From Blastocystis sp. Blastoise (taxonomy: Eukaryota; Protista; Bigyra: Opalinata), in the NCBI GenBank assembly GCA_039096225.1, contig JBBPEB010000026.1:682001-746000 (forward strand): DNA of 64,000 bases, in the 5' to 3' direction. This document shows, in pieces, positions 14,501 to 31,900 of this stretch; the stretch's first letter is position 1, and every line of letters begins with the position of its first letter. The position numbers and the translations under genes were made by a program. The notes beneath the pieces were generated by a model. It saw only the letters and a program-made list of their open reading frames with translations. It was not told the origin of the DNA and did not search any database.

Positions 14501-16726
14501 TGTTTCTATATGCCTTCTGTTACTAAAGCTTATAATATATTTAAGATTTCTGCTCTTGAAACTAATGTTGCTCCTCCTGATAATGATAAATTTATTCTTG
14601 CTGAATTAGAATTCTATTTAGTAGATTTCAATAAGATTACTGTTCCTGCTTTTGCTTTATCTTCTACTTCTATAACTGGTTATGTTAATTCTCAAATAAC
14701 ATCAGTTTATCCTACTTCATCTTATTATCGTTCTTTTAGTATTACTCCTACTCTTCCTAATGGTTTAAGTTTTGCTGCTTCTACTGGTACTATATCTGGT
14801 AGTCCTACTGCTGTTTCTTCTGGTACTTATACTATAAGTGCTGTTTCTATTACAGGTACTGCTGTTTCTATGACTGTTACTATTAATATTCAAACTTGTT
14901 CTTTACCTAATGTTTTCTTTAAATTATATTTTAGTGGTATGGAAGGTTCTGATGCTAATCAAAATGGTTTTACTTTAGCTAATATGGCTGGTGTTACTAT
15001 TGATTCTCTTACTTCTTTCCCTAGTTATTTACTTACTGGTTTAACTCGTGGTTATTGTCAACCTTCTGGTGCTTATATTCTTACTCTTACTGATGCTTAT
15101 AGAGATGGTTGGGGTGATGCTATGGTAACTGCTTATAATGAAGATGAATCTGTTATTATTTCTACTACACTTCTTTCTGGTGAATCTCCTAAGACAGTAT
15201 ATATTAATGTTGGTTATTTATTAAGATATGGTCAAACTACTTGGAAATATACTACTTCTGCTCAAACTGGTAGTAGTTGGACTACTTCTACTTTTAGTGA
15301 TTCTGCTTGGTCTTCTGCTGTATCTGGTTCATTCTCTGGATTATCTGGTACTACTGTTTATTATAGAGGTTCTTTCTCTGTTAGTAGTATTTCTACTTAT
15401 GCTTTATATGAAATATCTCTTAAGATTAAAGCTGGTATTATAGCTTATCTTAATGGTGTAGAAATCTATAGATATAATCTTCCTACTGGTAATACTGTAT
15501 CTTCTACTACTCTTGCTAATTCTGAATTTTCTGATGTTACTACTGTTACTACTAGTGAATCTGCTCAATTTGGTAATATGATTGATGGTACAAATGTATT
15601 AGCTGTTGAAATCCATAGATATAGTGATGTTCAAGAAACTACTTTTGATGCTCAAATTGTATTACAATTATCTGGTAATAATAGAGTAGGTGGTGGTGTT
15701 GTTACTACTAATGTTGCTGGATATAGTTCAAGTTCTTACACAGAAACTGAAGATAAAGCATTTGATGGTATTTTAACTACTAAATATTATGGTAAAGGAT
15801 GTGGTCAAACTGTATGGTTAGAATATACTTATAATTATGGTCGTAAAGAATTTGTTTCTTCTGTTTCTATTTCTCGTGGTAATAATGTTGATCGTTTACC
15901 TTCTCAATTTATGCTTTCTGGTTCTAATGATGGTATAAATTATGTTAATTTAGCTGCTGATTTCAATTTACAATTTGGTACTTATCAAACTTCTGCTGGT
16001 ACTGTTACTATTCCTTTCTTTAATAAAGTAGCATATAACAAATATAGAGTTACTTTAGAAATGAAAGAATGTACTGCAGGTATTGAAGTAGGTGAAATTG
16101 AATTAACTGCTTCTAGAATTGAAAATTATTGTGCTGCTGATGGTTTATATGGTGAAACATTATCTGGTCAAAGTGGTTGGAGAACATGTGGTCAATATTA
16201 TTTTGGTGCTTATACTCGTCCTTGTACTTCTGGTGTATGGGGAACTGAAACATCTTTATGTATTCCTACTCCTCCTCGTTCATTCAATTATACTGCTAAA
16301 TCTTATGTATTCAAGACAAAGAGAGATAATTCTACTCCTGCTCCTACTTATCAAGCTGCTGAAGTTAATTTCACTGTATCTCCTACTCTTCCTTCTGGTT
16401 TATCTATTAATGTGAATACTGGTATTATTAGTGGTAAACCTCAATCTGATTTCTCTGAAACTGATTATACTATTACTATCAGTAATATCAGTGGCTCTAG
16501 AACTACTACTGTCACTTTAAGTTCTATTGCTGCTACTGACTTAGAAGGTTGGGCTATTGCTCTTATTGTCATTGCTTGTATTGTTATCGTAATCTTCATT
16601 GCTTTTATTGTATTTATTGTTCTTAACAGACGTAAAGGATCCAAGAAAGGTAATCATAAAGTCATGAAAGCTGGAGCTAAAGCTACTACTCCTACTAAAG
16701 CTACTGATAAAAAAGTCAGAATCTAA
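11532..16726 (+). CDS. Large type-I membrane surface protein with repeated galactose-binding-like/F5/8-type-C and putative Ig (He_PIG-like) modules; 4 exons
   Basis: Signal peptide MNFLLLTFIIALVLS. Three GT-AG introns, then a 4.5-kb exon from 12201. Three repeats of WKY..W..D..W / AFDG..TKW / P..W...GSNDG / P.LP.GLS....G.ISG.P. C-terminal TM (WAIALIVIACIVIVIFIAFIVFIVL) and basic tail. Confidence 0.85.
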
Positions 16727-17039
16727 ATAATTTTGTATTTTTTGTATATATTCTAATATACGATAATTCATAGCATTTTTTTTTATATCATTTTTCTATA
16801 TATTGTTTTCATTTTTTAATATATTTCTTTTCATTAACTTTCCACTTATATTTTATAAAATTTTTATTTAAATAGTACAGTTTTTGCTATTCTTAATTGA
16901 TATCAACTGCATAAATAATTGTTTTGTTTAGTTATAAATGTATAACAAAACTTGAATTAAAAGTCAAACAACAAATATTTTAACTACATACATCATAAAA
17001 AATAAAAGTGGACACTAATATTTAAATAAAAACAGATTT

Positions 17040-19030
<1,991 letters not shown>

Positions 19031-19133
19031 CGTTTCGTTGCTGGAATTCTAAATAAAAAATGACTGGGAAACAAAAATTAAAAAAAACAGATTTTGTTTC
19101 TATATGTAAGTCATAGGAATTTCTGAAAACTAT

Positions 19134-19205
19134 GGCACTATGGTGTAATGGTTAGCACGTTGGACTTTGAATCCAGCGATCCGAGTTCAAATCTCGGTAG
19201 AGCCT
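19134..19205 (+). tRNA. tRNA-Gln(TTG)
   Basis: GGCACTA/TAGAGCC acceptor (A4:A69 mismatch), anticodon arm TTGGA-CT-TTG-AA-TCCAG, TTCAAAT T-loop, followed by a T-run. Confidence 0.93.
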
Positions 19206-19760
19206 CATTTTTGTTTCTTGTTTTTATTTGACTCTTATGTTCAATTCACGTTATGGAGGTGTTAAATTATGAGTAAATTATCTGTAGAAATCTATAAAGT
19301 TTATTCTGACTAATAAACATATGGTTTTCTAGTATTACATTCCAATTATGTTAAATAAATTCGTTAGTAAAGGCCTAGGATGTTAAAGAATGTGTAAGTG
19401 AATTTTTTTAGATAATTTTAACGAAAAAGAATGAGTTTATATTTTGTTGAAATATTTATTTGCTTATAAATGCCATAAAAAATATAGAATATTAATTACG
19501 TCAATTACACAAAGATAAAAATTATTTTTAACAAAATAAATAACAAAAATATGATTGACAAACGAAATTTGAAAAAAAAAATTTTATGAAGTAAATTTCT
19601 CAAAAAACAATTTTTGTATTGGAAAATATATTTTTTATTTTCTAAATAAATTGATCATTTTATATTTATTCTTCTTATGTGTGTATATTGTCTAGATACA
19701 TATTAGAGATATATTATATATATTTAAATAAGAAAAATAGAATGTGAATACAATAAAAAA

Positions 19761-19833
19761 TGCTCAGACCGTGATTCGAACACGGGTTACCACGGCCACA
19801 ACGTGGAGTACTGACCAACTATACTATCTAAGC
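19761..19833 (-). tRNA. tRNA-His(GTG)
   Basis: GCTTAGA/TCTGAGC acceptor, anticodon arm CCACG-TT-GTG-GC-CGTGG, discriminator A. G-1 is not encoded, which is normal for eukaryotes. Confidence 0.95.
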
Positions 19834-20147
19834 TCATGAAACTCTATTTAATCTTTACTATCTGATATTATTGGATTCTAGCATATTAAATTAATTTATT
19901 TAGATTTAAATATTATAGTGGCTATTTGGTTCTTTTATATAAACGGTATAGTGTATTTACAATATAATTGAGGATTTGATAGACATATAGGACAATTGTT
20001 GCAGTCATTATATAATATATCTATTAAATTTCTAGTGTATATCAAACACATAATGCTAGTCTAGGTTGACCATACATTTAATTTGCAAAAAAAAAACATT
20101 ATAAATTATTTTTTTCATTGTTTGCAAGAAGGTGAAATCTGTAGAAA

Positions 20148-22466
20148 ATGTCATTAACAGGTGCAATTATTGTCGATAGAAATTCAATTTGTTCTTTGAA
20201 AAATAAAATAATCAAATCAATTAACGATGCCCATTACATTTCTTTTGATGCCGAATTTACTGGATTGTCAACAGCAAGTGATTCTAAAGAGTCGTATGTT
20301 TGTGTTCTTTTTATAAATACTATATATATTTTAAAATCGTTTTTAGAGATGTTGAAAAACGTTATACGAATCATTTATTTACTGTAAAGCAATTTGGTCT
20401 TCTTAGACTTGGTATTTTTTATCTATATATAGTATTTCATTAGCATATATATATATAGGTATAACATGCATTGAAAACTTAACTCAATCTGAAAGTATAT
20501 ATAAATATTTTATAGTTTTATATATATATATAAAGTTCGTGTTCCACCAAAATATACAACTTATGAATTTGTTATTGTTCCTGATAAGGAATATAAGATA
20601 ACTACGTCAGCATTTTTGTTTCTTCTTAATCATAATATTGATTTGAATTATCAATTTAAACAAGTATATATATATATATAAATTTATTTCAAAGTCTTTC
20701 TATTGATATATATCTTTTTATTTTTAATCTATACAAGTAGAATTTTTAATAAATATAAAAATATGAGTTTTATCATTTATATTTTTGTAGCTATATACAC
20801 TATTGTTTCTATCATTCATTTTAGTATTATACTAATTATAATCATAATAATAATTCTTCTTTTATAAACTCTATATACCATAACTATTATTATACTATAT
20901 ATATATATATATAAAGGGTATAGTTTATCCTGGTCAACAATATTTATGTTCATCACTTCAAACTCAAAAGAAGAAGCCAGTTTCAATGACTTTAGAGAGT
21001 GATATTTTATTAGATATTATGAATACATTATTAACTCGTTTATCGAAAGATCTTATTCCTCTTATTGTACATAATGGCTGGATTGACTTATTATTCTTAT
21101 ATTATAATTTCTGGGGACCACTTCAAAGTAATATGAATAAATCTATCAATGCATTACATGTATATATATATATATAGTTTATTTTCTTTTTATATATCAT
21201 ATGCATATATATATTCATTCTAATGTTAATATTATTTTTGTATATTATATGTATACTATTCTTATTGTGATTTAGTTATAGTATTATATATCTTTGATAT
21301 GCTATTATATATATTATTTGTGTATATATTTGTATATATATAAATCTAATGAATTTTATGTTACATATATATGTATATAGAAGTTATTTCCATGTGTATA
21401 TGATACAAAGTATATTATGGAACAATTATATCCATCAAATCCATCATTCTTAGAATTCTGTTTTCTTTATAGGTATATAATATTAGTATTAATAATAAAA
21501 TATTATTATTATTTTTTCTAGTTGGTGCAATTTCCCATCAAAACAATTAAAGAACATGGAAACAAATAGTATATATATTTTTTTAAACATTTTTTTTCAT
21601 ATTAAACTTTATATATATTTTAACTTTTTGATTTAGTATATTATTTAATATATTTATGTATATACTCAATTCAATATTATTAGTGATAATAATATATATA
21701 TAGTTACTGTTTCTGATGATAATATTTCTTCTCCTTCTCAAGGAAATGAAAATAATAATAAGAATGAAGATACACAATCATCATTAATTGCTGGTAATAA
21801 TGATAATACTGATAATAATATTACTAATAATAAAATCTCAGGTAATAATAATAATAATGATAATATTGTTTCCGTAGCATCTTTTGAATATCAATCCAAA
21901 CGAACTTGTAAGGAAGATGTATATAAATAATATATATATTATTATATGTATATTCATTTTTATTTTAGTTATTATTAATAATATATATATTTATATAGGA
22001 TACTATTTCTACCTTCTGTGATACTTTTATCGTATTTATAAATAATTATACTTGTATACTATTTGCTATTCTATATATCATTGTATATACATATATATAT
22101 ATAGAAATATGGTTGGTGTGCTAAAAAAGAGAAATGTAATCTATCTCATGATATTGCTGCGTATCTTATATCTATATACCCTTCTACAAAAGATATGTTA
22201 CAACAATTAGAAATTCAGATGAATTCAGACAATTATCAGGGATATCATTCAGCAGGTAATTCTTTTTATAAGATTTATTCTTTTCATTATTATTTCTATG
22301 TTCATGAATTATATGTGCCTATATTATAGGATTTGATGCTTATTGTACTGGCTATATTTTTATGAATATTAAAAATGGAAATAAAACAAAAGAACAATTT
22401 AAAAATCTCTTATGTCTTCCTGGAAAAGATATTCCTTTAACTTTACGTCACTCTGAATTTCCCTAA
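20148..22466 (+). CDS. TOE1: CAF1-family DEDDh deadenylase with CCCH finger (TOE1-like); 11 exons
   Basis: SFDAEFTGL, VHNGWIDLLFLY, YDTKY, C-x8-C-x5-C-x3-H (FCDTFIKYGWCAKKEKCNLSHD), HSAGFDAYCTG. Ten GT-AG introns. Confidence 0.85.
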
Positions 22467-22837
22467 ACATATACTAAAATGAAATGCTTTATTTCTATAT
22501 GGTAACTTATTGTTATTTCTATGATTTCCTTATTCTAAAGAATTAAATTACTTTTTTTAAAAATTTAATTTGTATTGTCATATAATCAAAATGATATTCA
22601 TGAAACAGTGAACATAAACCACATCAAGAATTTATCATATCTAACAACTCAAAATCATAATTATTGAAATTTCTTAAAAACATTTCATTTTATCATAAGC
22701 AACACTTGAGTCTAGATAGAGTAAACTAAAATATTTATGATAATTAAGGAATTCACTCTGAATAATTAACGTAAAAATGTGTTTCCGGAAACTTGAAATA
22801 AACATGATTTTTGTTTTTGATTTCATTTTGTATATTT

Positions 22838-25800
22838 ATGATGTCTCGGATATGTGTTCTATATGCTAACGGGACGTATTACGTAGATTATGATCTAGAG
22901 GAGACACTAGAATCGTTTAAAATCAAAATCCAAGTATATGTGTTTCATAATCCTATTTAATTTCTTAATTTAAAGAATCTGCTGCAAATTGATGTTCAAG
23001 ATCAAACATTAATACTGAACAATAGAGAATTACAAGAAAATAATACTTTAGGTGACTATCATTTTGAAAATTATTCTCAGATTCTATTAAAAGAATCTTT
23101 TAAAGAATTCTATTTAAATATAGAATATCAGCATGATAGCAAAAGAATTCTTGTTAATTCTCATTTGCTTGTCTCAGTGATTATTGAGGTTTGTGTTGAA
23201 GTATGATGAATGAACTTATTTAAAATATGATTTTTATTCGTATACTAGGCGTTCCAGCTTTTAGATTATAACTCTGTGTTTGAATTATATTTCAAAGATC
23301 AAAAGTTACCTAAGAATTGTTCCTTAGAAGATTTTCATATTCAGTCAGACTCAACAATTACTATGATTAATACATTATCTAAATTAGAGTACCATGTATG
23401 TTTAAAAATAAATATCATTTAAAAGAAAATTATTTACATTTACATATATTTTAAATATTAAATAGCCTGATTGCAGTATAATTTCATTTCATAATATATT
23501 AACCAATCAAATGAAAAGGATCTCGTGCTCGTCATTATCAACTTTCTCCTCTTTATCTACTGTGATTTTGGTATATTTGTATTATTATAGTTATTTATTG
23601 ATTATTCTTTTTCTTGTGTTTTATTTTATTTATTTATTTTATAGAATGAATTTAATTATAAAATCAATAATTATCATATACTTTTCTTTTCGAATGGAAT
23701 GTTCTTACATCCTCAGAGCACGTGCTTTGATTATAATCTTCAGAACCCGATATCTATTGATATATTAGTTGTATATAAATACATATTTGTTTATATATTA
23801 TATATTAATTATGTTTCATATATATATAGTTATATATAGATTATATATTATTTTTAATATTATATATATATAGATATATATGAATATTCCTAATGGCTGC
23901 TATTTCTCTTCTTTTTATGATAGTATATATATATAGTGAATGTTTAAATAATTATTGTTTTTTATTAATATATATATATATTTATATATATACATATATA
24001 ATAGAAAAGGTAATACCATCATCGAGAGATGTTTCATTGAACAGTCAGAAACTCCAAGATTATGTATTTAATTGTATATATATACTTTAATACATTTTAT
24101 ATATCTTCAAAAACTATCCCTTTTAGTATCCTTTCCCGCCAATATTTCCCGCTATTCTTCTCTTCTCACAATATTAACATCATCTGTCAATACATTACAT
24201 TCTATATATATTCAAGGTATTTATATATATATATATTGTTATTCATTTTATTGTCCTTATTAAAAAATGTTGATTTAAAATTATTAAACTTATTATCATA
24301 TTATTATTATTATTTTAATTATTTTAATTATTTAAATTATTATATAGATAATTCCCGGGAAATTTCCCTCACTTTTGACCCTTATTCAGATAATGAGACT
24401 GGATGCTTATTGAATATTTCTTCTCTTTATATACCCTGTATATATAATATTATTATATATAACTATTACATATATAGATTCTATTGCCTATTCACGGTTA
24501 TCTGAATTTTTAAATACAATCAAATCCATTAAATTTTCATCATTAGAATCTATATATATAGACAGTATATATATTATTATAATGAACAATACATGTTTAT
24601 GTTGATTCAGAATTCTTCTATATTAATTCTTATATATATATTCACATATTCATATTAATATATTATTTCAGTTAGTGCCATCCCTCAAGATATCCAAGAT
24701 ATTGTAACTGAATTTAACGAGCAAGCGGCAATTTCCTGTGTTTTTATTGGTATTTAAATATTTGATATTTATTTATTTTTATTTATTTTTATTTTCTTTA
24801 TGTTTATATATACATGGAGTATTCTATTTAACTATATTATATATATATGATAATTAATAATAATTCTTTTTCTTCTTCTCAGATATATATATATATATAT
24901 ATATAGATTCATCATTGATAGAATCTATAAATAATAATGATTATTATACTTTATTTCTCTCATTACAAAATAAATATATTTCTTTATTAAAAGAATATAA
25001 TAAGATGTCTTCAGAAAATAACTCTACTATAAATAACTCCAAGGAACTTCCATCCCCTTCATCACGTGATTTATGCTGTAATAGTATTCCTGGTGTAATG
25101 CTAAATATAAATAATGATTCATCTTCCTATACAGTTACAGATGGTATTAATAATAATACTACTACAACTACTAATACTGCTATTAATGATAATAATAATA
25201 ATAATGTATGTAATTCTACTAAGCCATCGACTACTTCTACTTTTAACTCATCAACCAATCATATTTCTTCTCACTCTTCTTCTTTGAACACAAAAACAAA
25301 ACCAAAATCTCCTTCTTTTTCTATCCCGCGCTCTTTACCCCCATCCCCGCCATTAACATCCCCACCTCCACCGCCATTTATTCGCGGGAGCATTAAGAAA
25401 TTAAAATCAATATCTTCTCAATTATTGAAACCTCCTTCTTCTCCTATTCATAATACTATAAATACATTACATAATACTTTAGATTTAGATTCTAATATAT
25501 CTACTAATATAAATAATATAAATACTACTATTGAAGATATTCATATAAATAATAATGCTAATAGTGAATTAAATGATAATGATCATAGTTTAGATATAAA
25601 TAATAATAATTTTGTAGATATTGATATAGAAAATAATAATAATAATAATAATAATAATGATAATAATAAAAATAATATTATTATTGGTACTACTACTAAT
25701 AATAACAATAATAATAATAATAATACTACTACTACTACTACTAATAATAATAATAATACTCCTACTACTCCTAATAATAATAATAATAATAATACTGCTT

Positions 25801-26412
25801 CTACTCCTACTACTGCTACTAATTCTTTATTATCAAATCTTTTTTCATCATTTCCTTTTTCTCAAGAAATCAATCCTTTCCAAGGATTATCTAATAACCA
25901 CGGGAATACAAGTGATATCAATACATCTATTCATTCTTCTTCTATTACTGATACACAATCATCTCTATCACCTTCACCAATCCCATTATTTAAATCATAT
26001 AATCGTGGGAATACTAATTCTAATCTCTCTGTTGAACAAAATTATCTTGATTCTAATGAAATCGTAACTGTTGATAATTCTTCAGAAACTATTTCTAAAC
26101 CACATGAAAATCTTATAAATGTTAATAAAAAGAATGAGTTTTATTCTATATATGTAAAAGAGCAAGACGATAATAATATTAATGATAATAATAATAATGA
26201 TAATAGTATATATCAATATACATATACAGATGGAGAAATTATTATATATACAATTATCGAACAAACTATATTCAAATCAGTTCATACAATTATATTTACA
26301 AATTTATCGATCGGAGACTCAGGTATGAAAGAATTGTGTTCCTCTCTGTCACGTGGCGCGTTACCTTCTTTAAAACAATTATATGTTCAGAGTATCTTTA
26401 TATTTGTTTTAT

Positions 26413-26463
<51 letters not shown>

Positions 26464-27422
26464 TAATAATATAGGATCAGAAGGATTGTCTTATTTTATT
26501 GATTTATATATACATACAAAAGAAAATAAATGTATATGTGTCATATATATATATATTAATAATAATATATATATAGATCTTGGAATTGAGACTTTAGATA
26601 TTAGTTGTATATATATTTTAATACATTATTATATATAATAATAAACATAGCGAATCCATTGACTATAAAAGGAGAGAGCCAATTGAATGATTTCCTAGTC
26701 ATGTGCTCTAAGATTACTGTTCCATTAAGATATATTTATTTATTACATTATTCTATTCGCAATGTATATTTAAATCAGACAATAAATAAACTTCGATCTC
26801 TGAGTGTTATAACAGATCTATATATATGTATATAATAATATTATAATACTAATAATAATAATAATATTAAATTATCATTTTTTCTCAAATGTTAATATAT
26901 ATATATATATATAGCTAAACATTTATCTACAAATGAGAATACAATATATACATCAATTATTAATACCAAACCCTATCTATCTATTTCAAGTATATAATAT
27001 ATATATAAGTATATATAAGTATATATACTTATATATATATATATATATAGGTAAATCCCTGTCTGAAACTCTTCTTCATTATATATATATATATATACTG
27101 TCAACAGATTTATCATCATTTAATACTTATATTCTTCATAGTATATACATATATATATAATTTATCTTTTTAATGTGTGTCACTATAATAATTATATATA
27201 TAAATATATTAATATTATTTATAGACTGTTCTCTAACAGATAATTGTGTCACGAGACTTGTGCAAACCCTCCCTTTGCACGTGATAAACTCACTAACAGA
27301 AATTGATCTTTCACGTAATTATTTGTCTTCTATTAGTATTACTGCTCTTTTCTCCTGCTGCTTGTTTCCTTTCGATAGTCTTATATCTATCAACTTAGCA
27401 GGTATATATATATATATATATA

Positions 27423-27462
<40 letters not shown>

Positions 27463-27966
27463 TATTCTTTTATATTTGATGCCACATTATGTATATTAAT
27501 AATAATAATAATAATAATTATATATATATATATATAGGGAATCCAATTAAAGATGAAGGTGCTAGTTTATTATTTGAAATGATACTAAATAATCAATTCC
27601 CGCGATTATTATCACTTAATTTGTCTAGTATATATTCATTCATATCTATATCTATATATATCGTTATAGAATGTTTAATAAATCGAAAAGGAGGTCAATC
27701 ATTTTTAAATTGGTTCATCCAATCAAATGACACTCCACTTTCTACTATTGATATTTCAGATAATTCTTTAGGTGATCAAGTGATCAATAATTATATAGAT
27801 ATATATATAAAAATCAAGAGTAAAATCAAAATTTATGTTCAAAGTATAAATATAATAATAGTTTTTAATAATATATTATAGATAATAATTATTATTCAAA
27901 AACACAATTCCGATTGGCCAATTATATGTAGAGAATAAAAGAATACTTTCTTTTGTTTTCAAATAA
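22838..27966 (+). CDS. Protein with three N-terminal ubiquitin-like domains, an N/S/P-rich linker and RNI-like leucine-rich repeats; about 21 exons
   Basis: UBL1 ...ETLESFKIKIQNLLQIDVQDQTLILNNRELQENNTLGDYHF, plus two weaker copies. LRRs IGDSGMKEL..LKQLYVQNNNIG, LTEIDLSRNYL, INLAGNPIKDEG, IDISDNSLGD. Twenty GT-AG introns give a continuous frame to TAA at 27964-27966. Confidence 0.75.
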
Positions 27967-28904
27967 TGATATATATATATATATGTATATATATATATGT
28001 ATGGTACATTTAGCTATCTTGTATATTATTTAATCATCTATGAATCTTATTTATATTATATATATATATTATCTATTATTTATTTATATAGTATATATAT
28101 AATATATTATTTATATAATGATTATTTTTATTCAAAAACTATAAAGGGTTTTTATTTTTTTTTAAATTCTTGTAAATATTATATATGTTGTTTATTTTGT
28201 ATAAATATTTGTATATAGTTTGCATAGATTAGGTTTATATATATCTTGTTTAATTCAGTAGATATATTATGTGTTTTGTTTATTATACCATAAATTTAAT
28301 TAGTAAAAATAATTTGTTTTTTAATTGACTTTGAAATATGATTCATTATATATATATGAAATAAAATATTATTTATGTTATTTAATATATGCATATTAAT
28401 AATATATATCAATCATTTAATATTTAATTAAAAACCATAGTGGTATTTTACAAATATATATATAAATTATAACAAATATAAGCAACAAAACAAATTTAAT
28501 GAATGAATGCTATATGCAGTAAAATTTAGTATATAAAATACTAGTGTTTATGAAAGAGAGATAAAAATAATTTAAAAATGATTCAAAGCAATTCAGAATA
28601 ATAAATAAATATTAAAATATGAAAATGAAAAAGAGAGTGAAAAATATATATAAATAGTTACTATGTTGATAAAAGAAACAACTAAATAAACTCAGTAATA
28701 GAATATTCCATTTAAATATAAAAAATAAAACTGTGAAAATAGTATTAATAATAATAGAAAAAGAAGAAAAGTAAGTTTTCATAAAATTAAACAGAAAATA
28801 GATTTAAATATTTTATTAAGTACTAAAATACATATATGTATGTAAGATAAAACAAAAACATGAAATATTGAATAAAAAAGAAGAATAAAAATAAAGAAAT
28901 ATAC

Positions 28905-31900
28905 TTAAATTCGTTTTTGTTTTTGTACTTTGATTTTACGTTTCTGTTTAGAAGATATTTTATGGATTACAAGACGTTTCTTCTTTTGATGTGAATAACA
29001 ATAATATAGGAATAGTAATAGAAGAAGAAGGATAACAATTCCAATAAGAATAAGAATAGTGAACAGTGTAGGATCTGAATCATTGCTGAAAGTGGATGAA
29101 ATTAAGGTTATTGAAGTAATACTTTGTAGGTATACATTAGTAGAATTATGACAAGAAGATAAATATTCTTTAGAATTTAAAAATATTGTAGATATAATAT
29201 ACTGTATATAATTCTTATAATCTTGATAGCAATAGAATAAAAACTTGAATTCAGTTTCTTTAGTATTATTATTATATTCATTATCTATTATTTGTAGATA
29301 TTTCTTTGCTATAATATAAGGTTTTATATAAGAATAGAGGCTTAATCTAAGAAGTTCTTTAGTTTCAGGTAAAGAATATGAAGTTGATGTTAATCCATAA
29401 ATAGTAATAATAAGAATTCCATTTATAACATTATTTGTATTTGCTAAAGATTGAAGATTACTGTTAGAAACACAGTTCGATGAATCTATAACGGACCAAA
29501 TAGCTTTTCCATATTGATAATAGGAACATCTTCGTAATTGTATTCCAATTAATCCCTCGGAACACAGTACATAATATGCTTGATCTCGTTCTGTTCTATT
29601 CCAAACAGTTAAATACTCATGATTATTTTCATCTGTTTGAATAACAGAATCTGTTTCACAAAATACTTTTTCAATAGAAATATATATTTGTGTTTCTCCG
29701 ATTCCCGCGGAATTTGATAAATTAATTGTATAATTCATGTTTAATAGTTCTTTTGGAATACCAGAAATAGTCCCCGTGCTATCATCAAAATAAAGTGAAG
29801 AAGGAAGAGAAGGAGTAATAGTAAATGAACTTGTATATAATCCTTGTGTATATATATTGAGAGATGGGAATAAATCACCGACATAACCGTGAATAAAAGA
29901 TGGTTGATAATATAATGAAGGTTTCTTTAAATAACAATTTTCACGGGGATTTTCCCATTGTGGCGGATATATAGGTTTACAATATCTTGATATATACCCT
30001 TCATATAATGTAGTATCATTACAGTCTTTATATGCATATGTATTTGCAGGAACTGAAGGCCAAAATAAATCTTCTGAACATCGAATAATATTAATAATAA
30101 TCATAATTTCAATGATTTGAAAACCAGCTGTATTTGATGCTGATATAATATATGTTGTTAATGGACTTTCTATATAGGGATTACCATATATTTGACCTGT
30201 AGTATTATTTAAATATAAACCTATAGGTAAATTAGGAGAAATAGTATATTTAAGATTAATAGCATCTATATATGCATTATAATATATAGAATCTATATCT
30301 TTATAAAATACTAATATATAATTATCATAATTTAAATAAGTTGGAGCAGAAGGTCTACACGTGCTTTCTTCTTCTAATAGAATTCCATTTTGACATAATC
30401 TACGTCTATATCCAGTATAATATAATTCACAATTTTTGTATGCATAAGTACCTTCATAAACACCATCAAATCCATCTTCAGGTAAACAATAACTATTATT
30501 ATTACTATAAATAGATAATGACCATTCACTTAATTGAAATTGATTTGAAGAACATTGTGGACTATTCTTTAATGATACATTATCACAATGAGTAACTCGT
30601 AAACGATATTGATTATAAGGTATTATATTATAAAAATTAAAATATTTCTCTTGTTTATATTGTGTAAAAAATATATTATTTTGAATATCTAGTACGTCCC
30701 AAGCATTTGCAATATCATTATAAGCTTCTAATATCCACCCAGAAGGATGACGTGTATTACAATCATTTGCGGATACTATAGTATATTGATTTATACATTC
30801 TTTTCTATTATCTTCATAAGTATAGATTAATATAGTATTTAAACAACCATAATTCGTAAAGAATTTCGTTTGTATATTATTATCAACTAAATTTGTTATA
30901 TATTCAGAATTTGAACTAACATAATTAGAAGAAATAACTCCATTTATAGATCGAAATTCTTGGTTATATACGAATCTTAAATAAGCATCAAAATGACCTG
31001 AAACAGCTGAAATTGTCTGACGATGAATTTCAGCAGCGAAAACATTAATTTGTGTTTGTGTTAATGTAACAGTTCGAATATTAATTAATCGTATATAAGG
31101 TTTATAAGAAGTGATATTATTAGTAGTAAGAATAGGTTTATTTATTGTTGTAGTTGTATCAATCTCAACACGAAATATTTCTTCACCATTTATATATACA
31201 ATCATTCCTTCATATGTATATACACCAATTTCAATAGCAGGGAAAGCATTAAGATCATTGGGAATATTGAATTTTGTTCGATAATATTGTGTATTTCCAC
31301 GAGGAGAAGGAAGCATATTAGCAACAGCTTTAGGCCATTCATTTTCATTAAATGTTGACAACATCCAATCATTTGGAGGTGATAAAGTAGAATCTAAATT
31401 ATAATATCTCCATTCATTATATTCTAAAGTTATATTATAAGCAATATTAAATGTAAAATTCTTAGGAGATTCACCATAACCAAGTGAACCAATTAAAATA
31501 GGATTAGAATTCTCTAAGAATACAGAGAATGATGCGTCACCCCATCCTCCATTGGATATATCATATAAAGTTAATGTATAAATAGAAGAAGGTATACAAT
31601 AAGGAAATGTTTGAATAGAATAAGAAATAAAATTCGTCTGTCTAGATACAACTTCATTAGTCATAAAATTTGTTAAATAAAAGCCTGCATCATCTGAATT
31701 AGAATTAAATGATATTTGAATACTAAATAATTTATTATTAGAAGAACATAATATAATTTCTAATTGAATTGAAGTTGTATATATATTATTATAAAAATCA
31801 TAAGCAGTAATTGTATATATAGTTTTTTCTTGTATAGTATTAGCAATACCATTTATATATCCATTACTTGAATCTAAAGAAAGAGGAGTAGGAAGAGAAG

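Noticed and set aside
12354-16415. Short Leu-rich overlapping ORFs
   Set aside because: Off-frame shadows caused by the T-ending codon bias of the real CDS.
24074-24126. Possible 29-nt GT-AT intron that would add an LQKLSL repeat
   Set aside because: A canonical in-frame AG exists at 24126, and 29 nt is shorter than the other introns here (about 36 nt or more).
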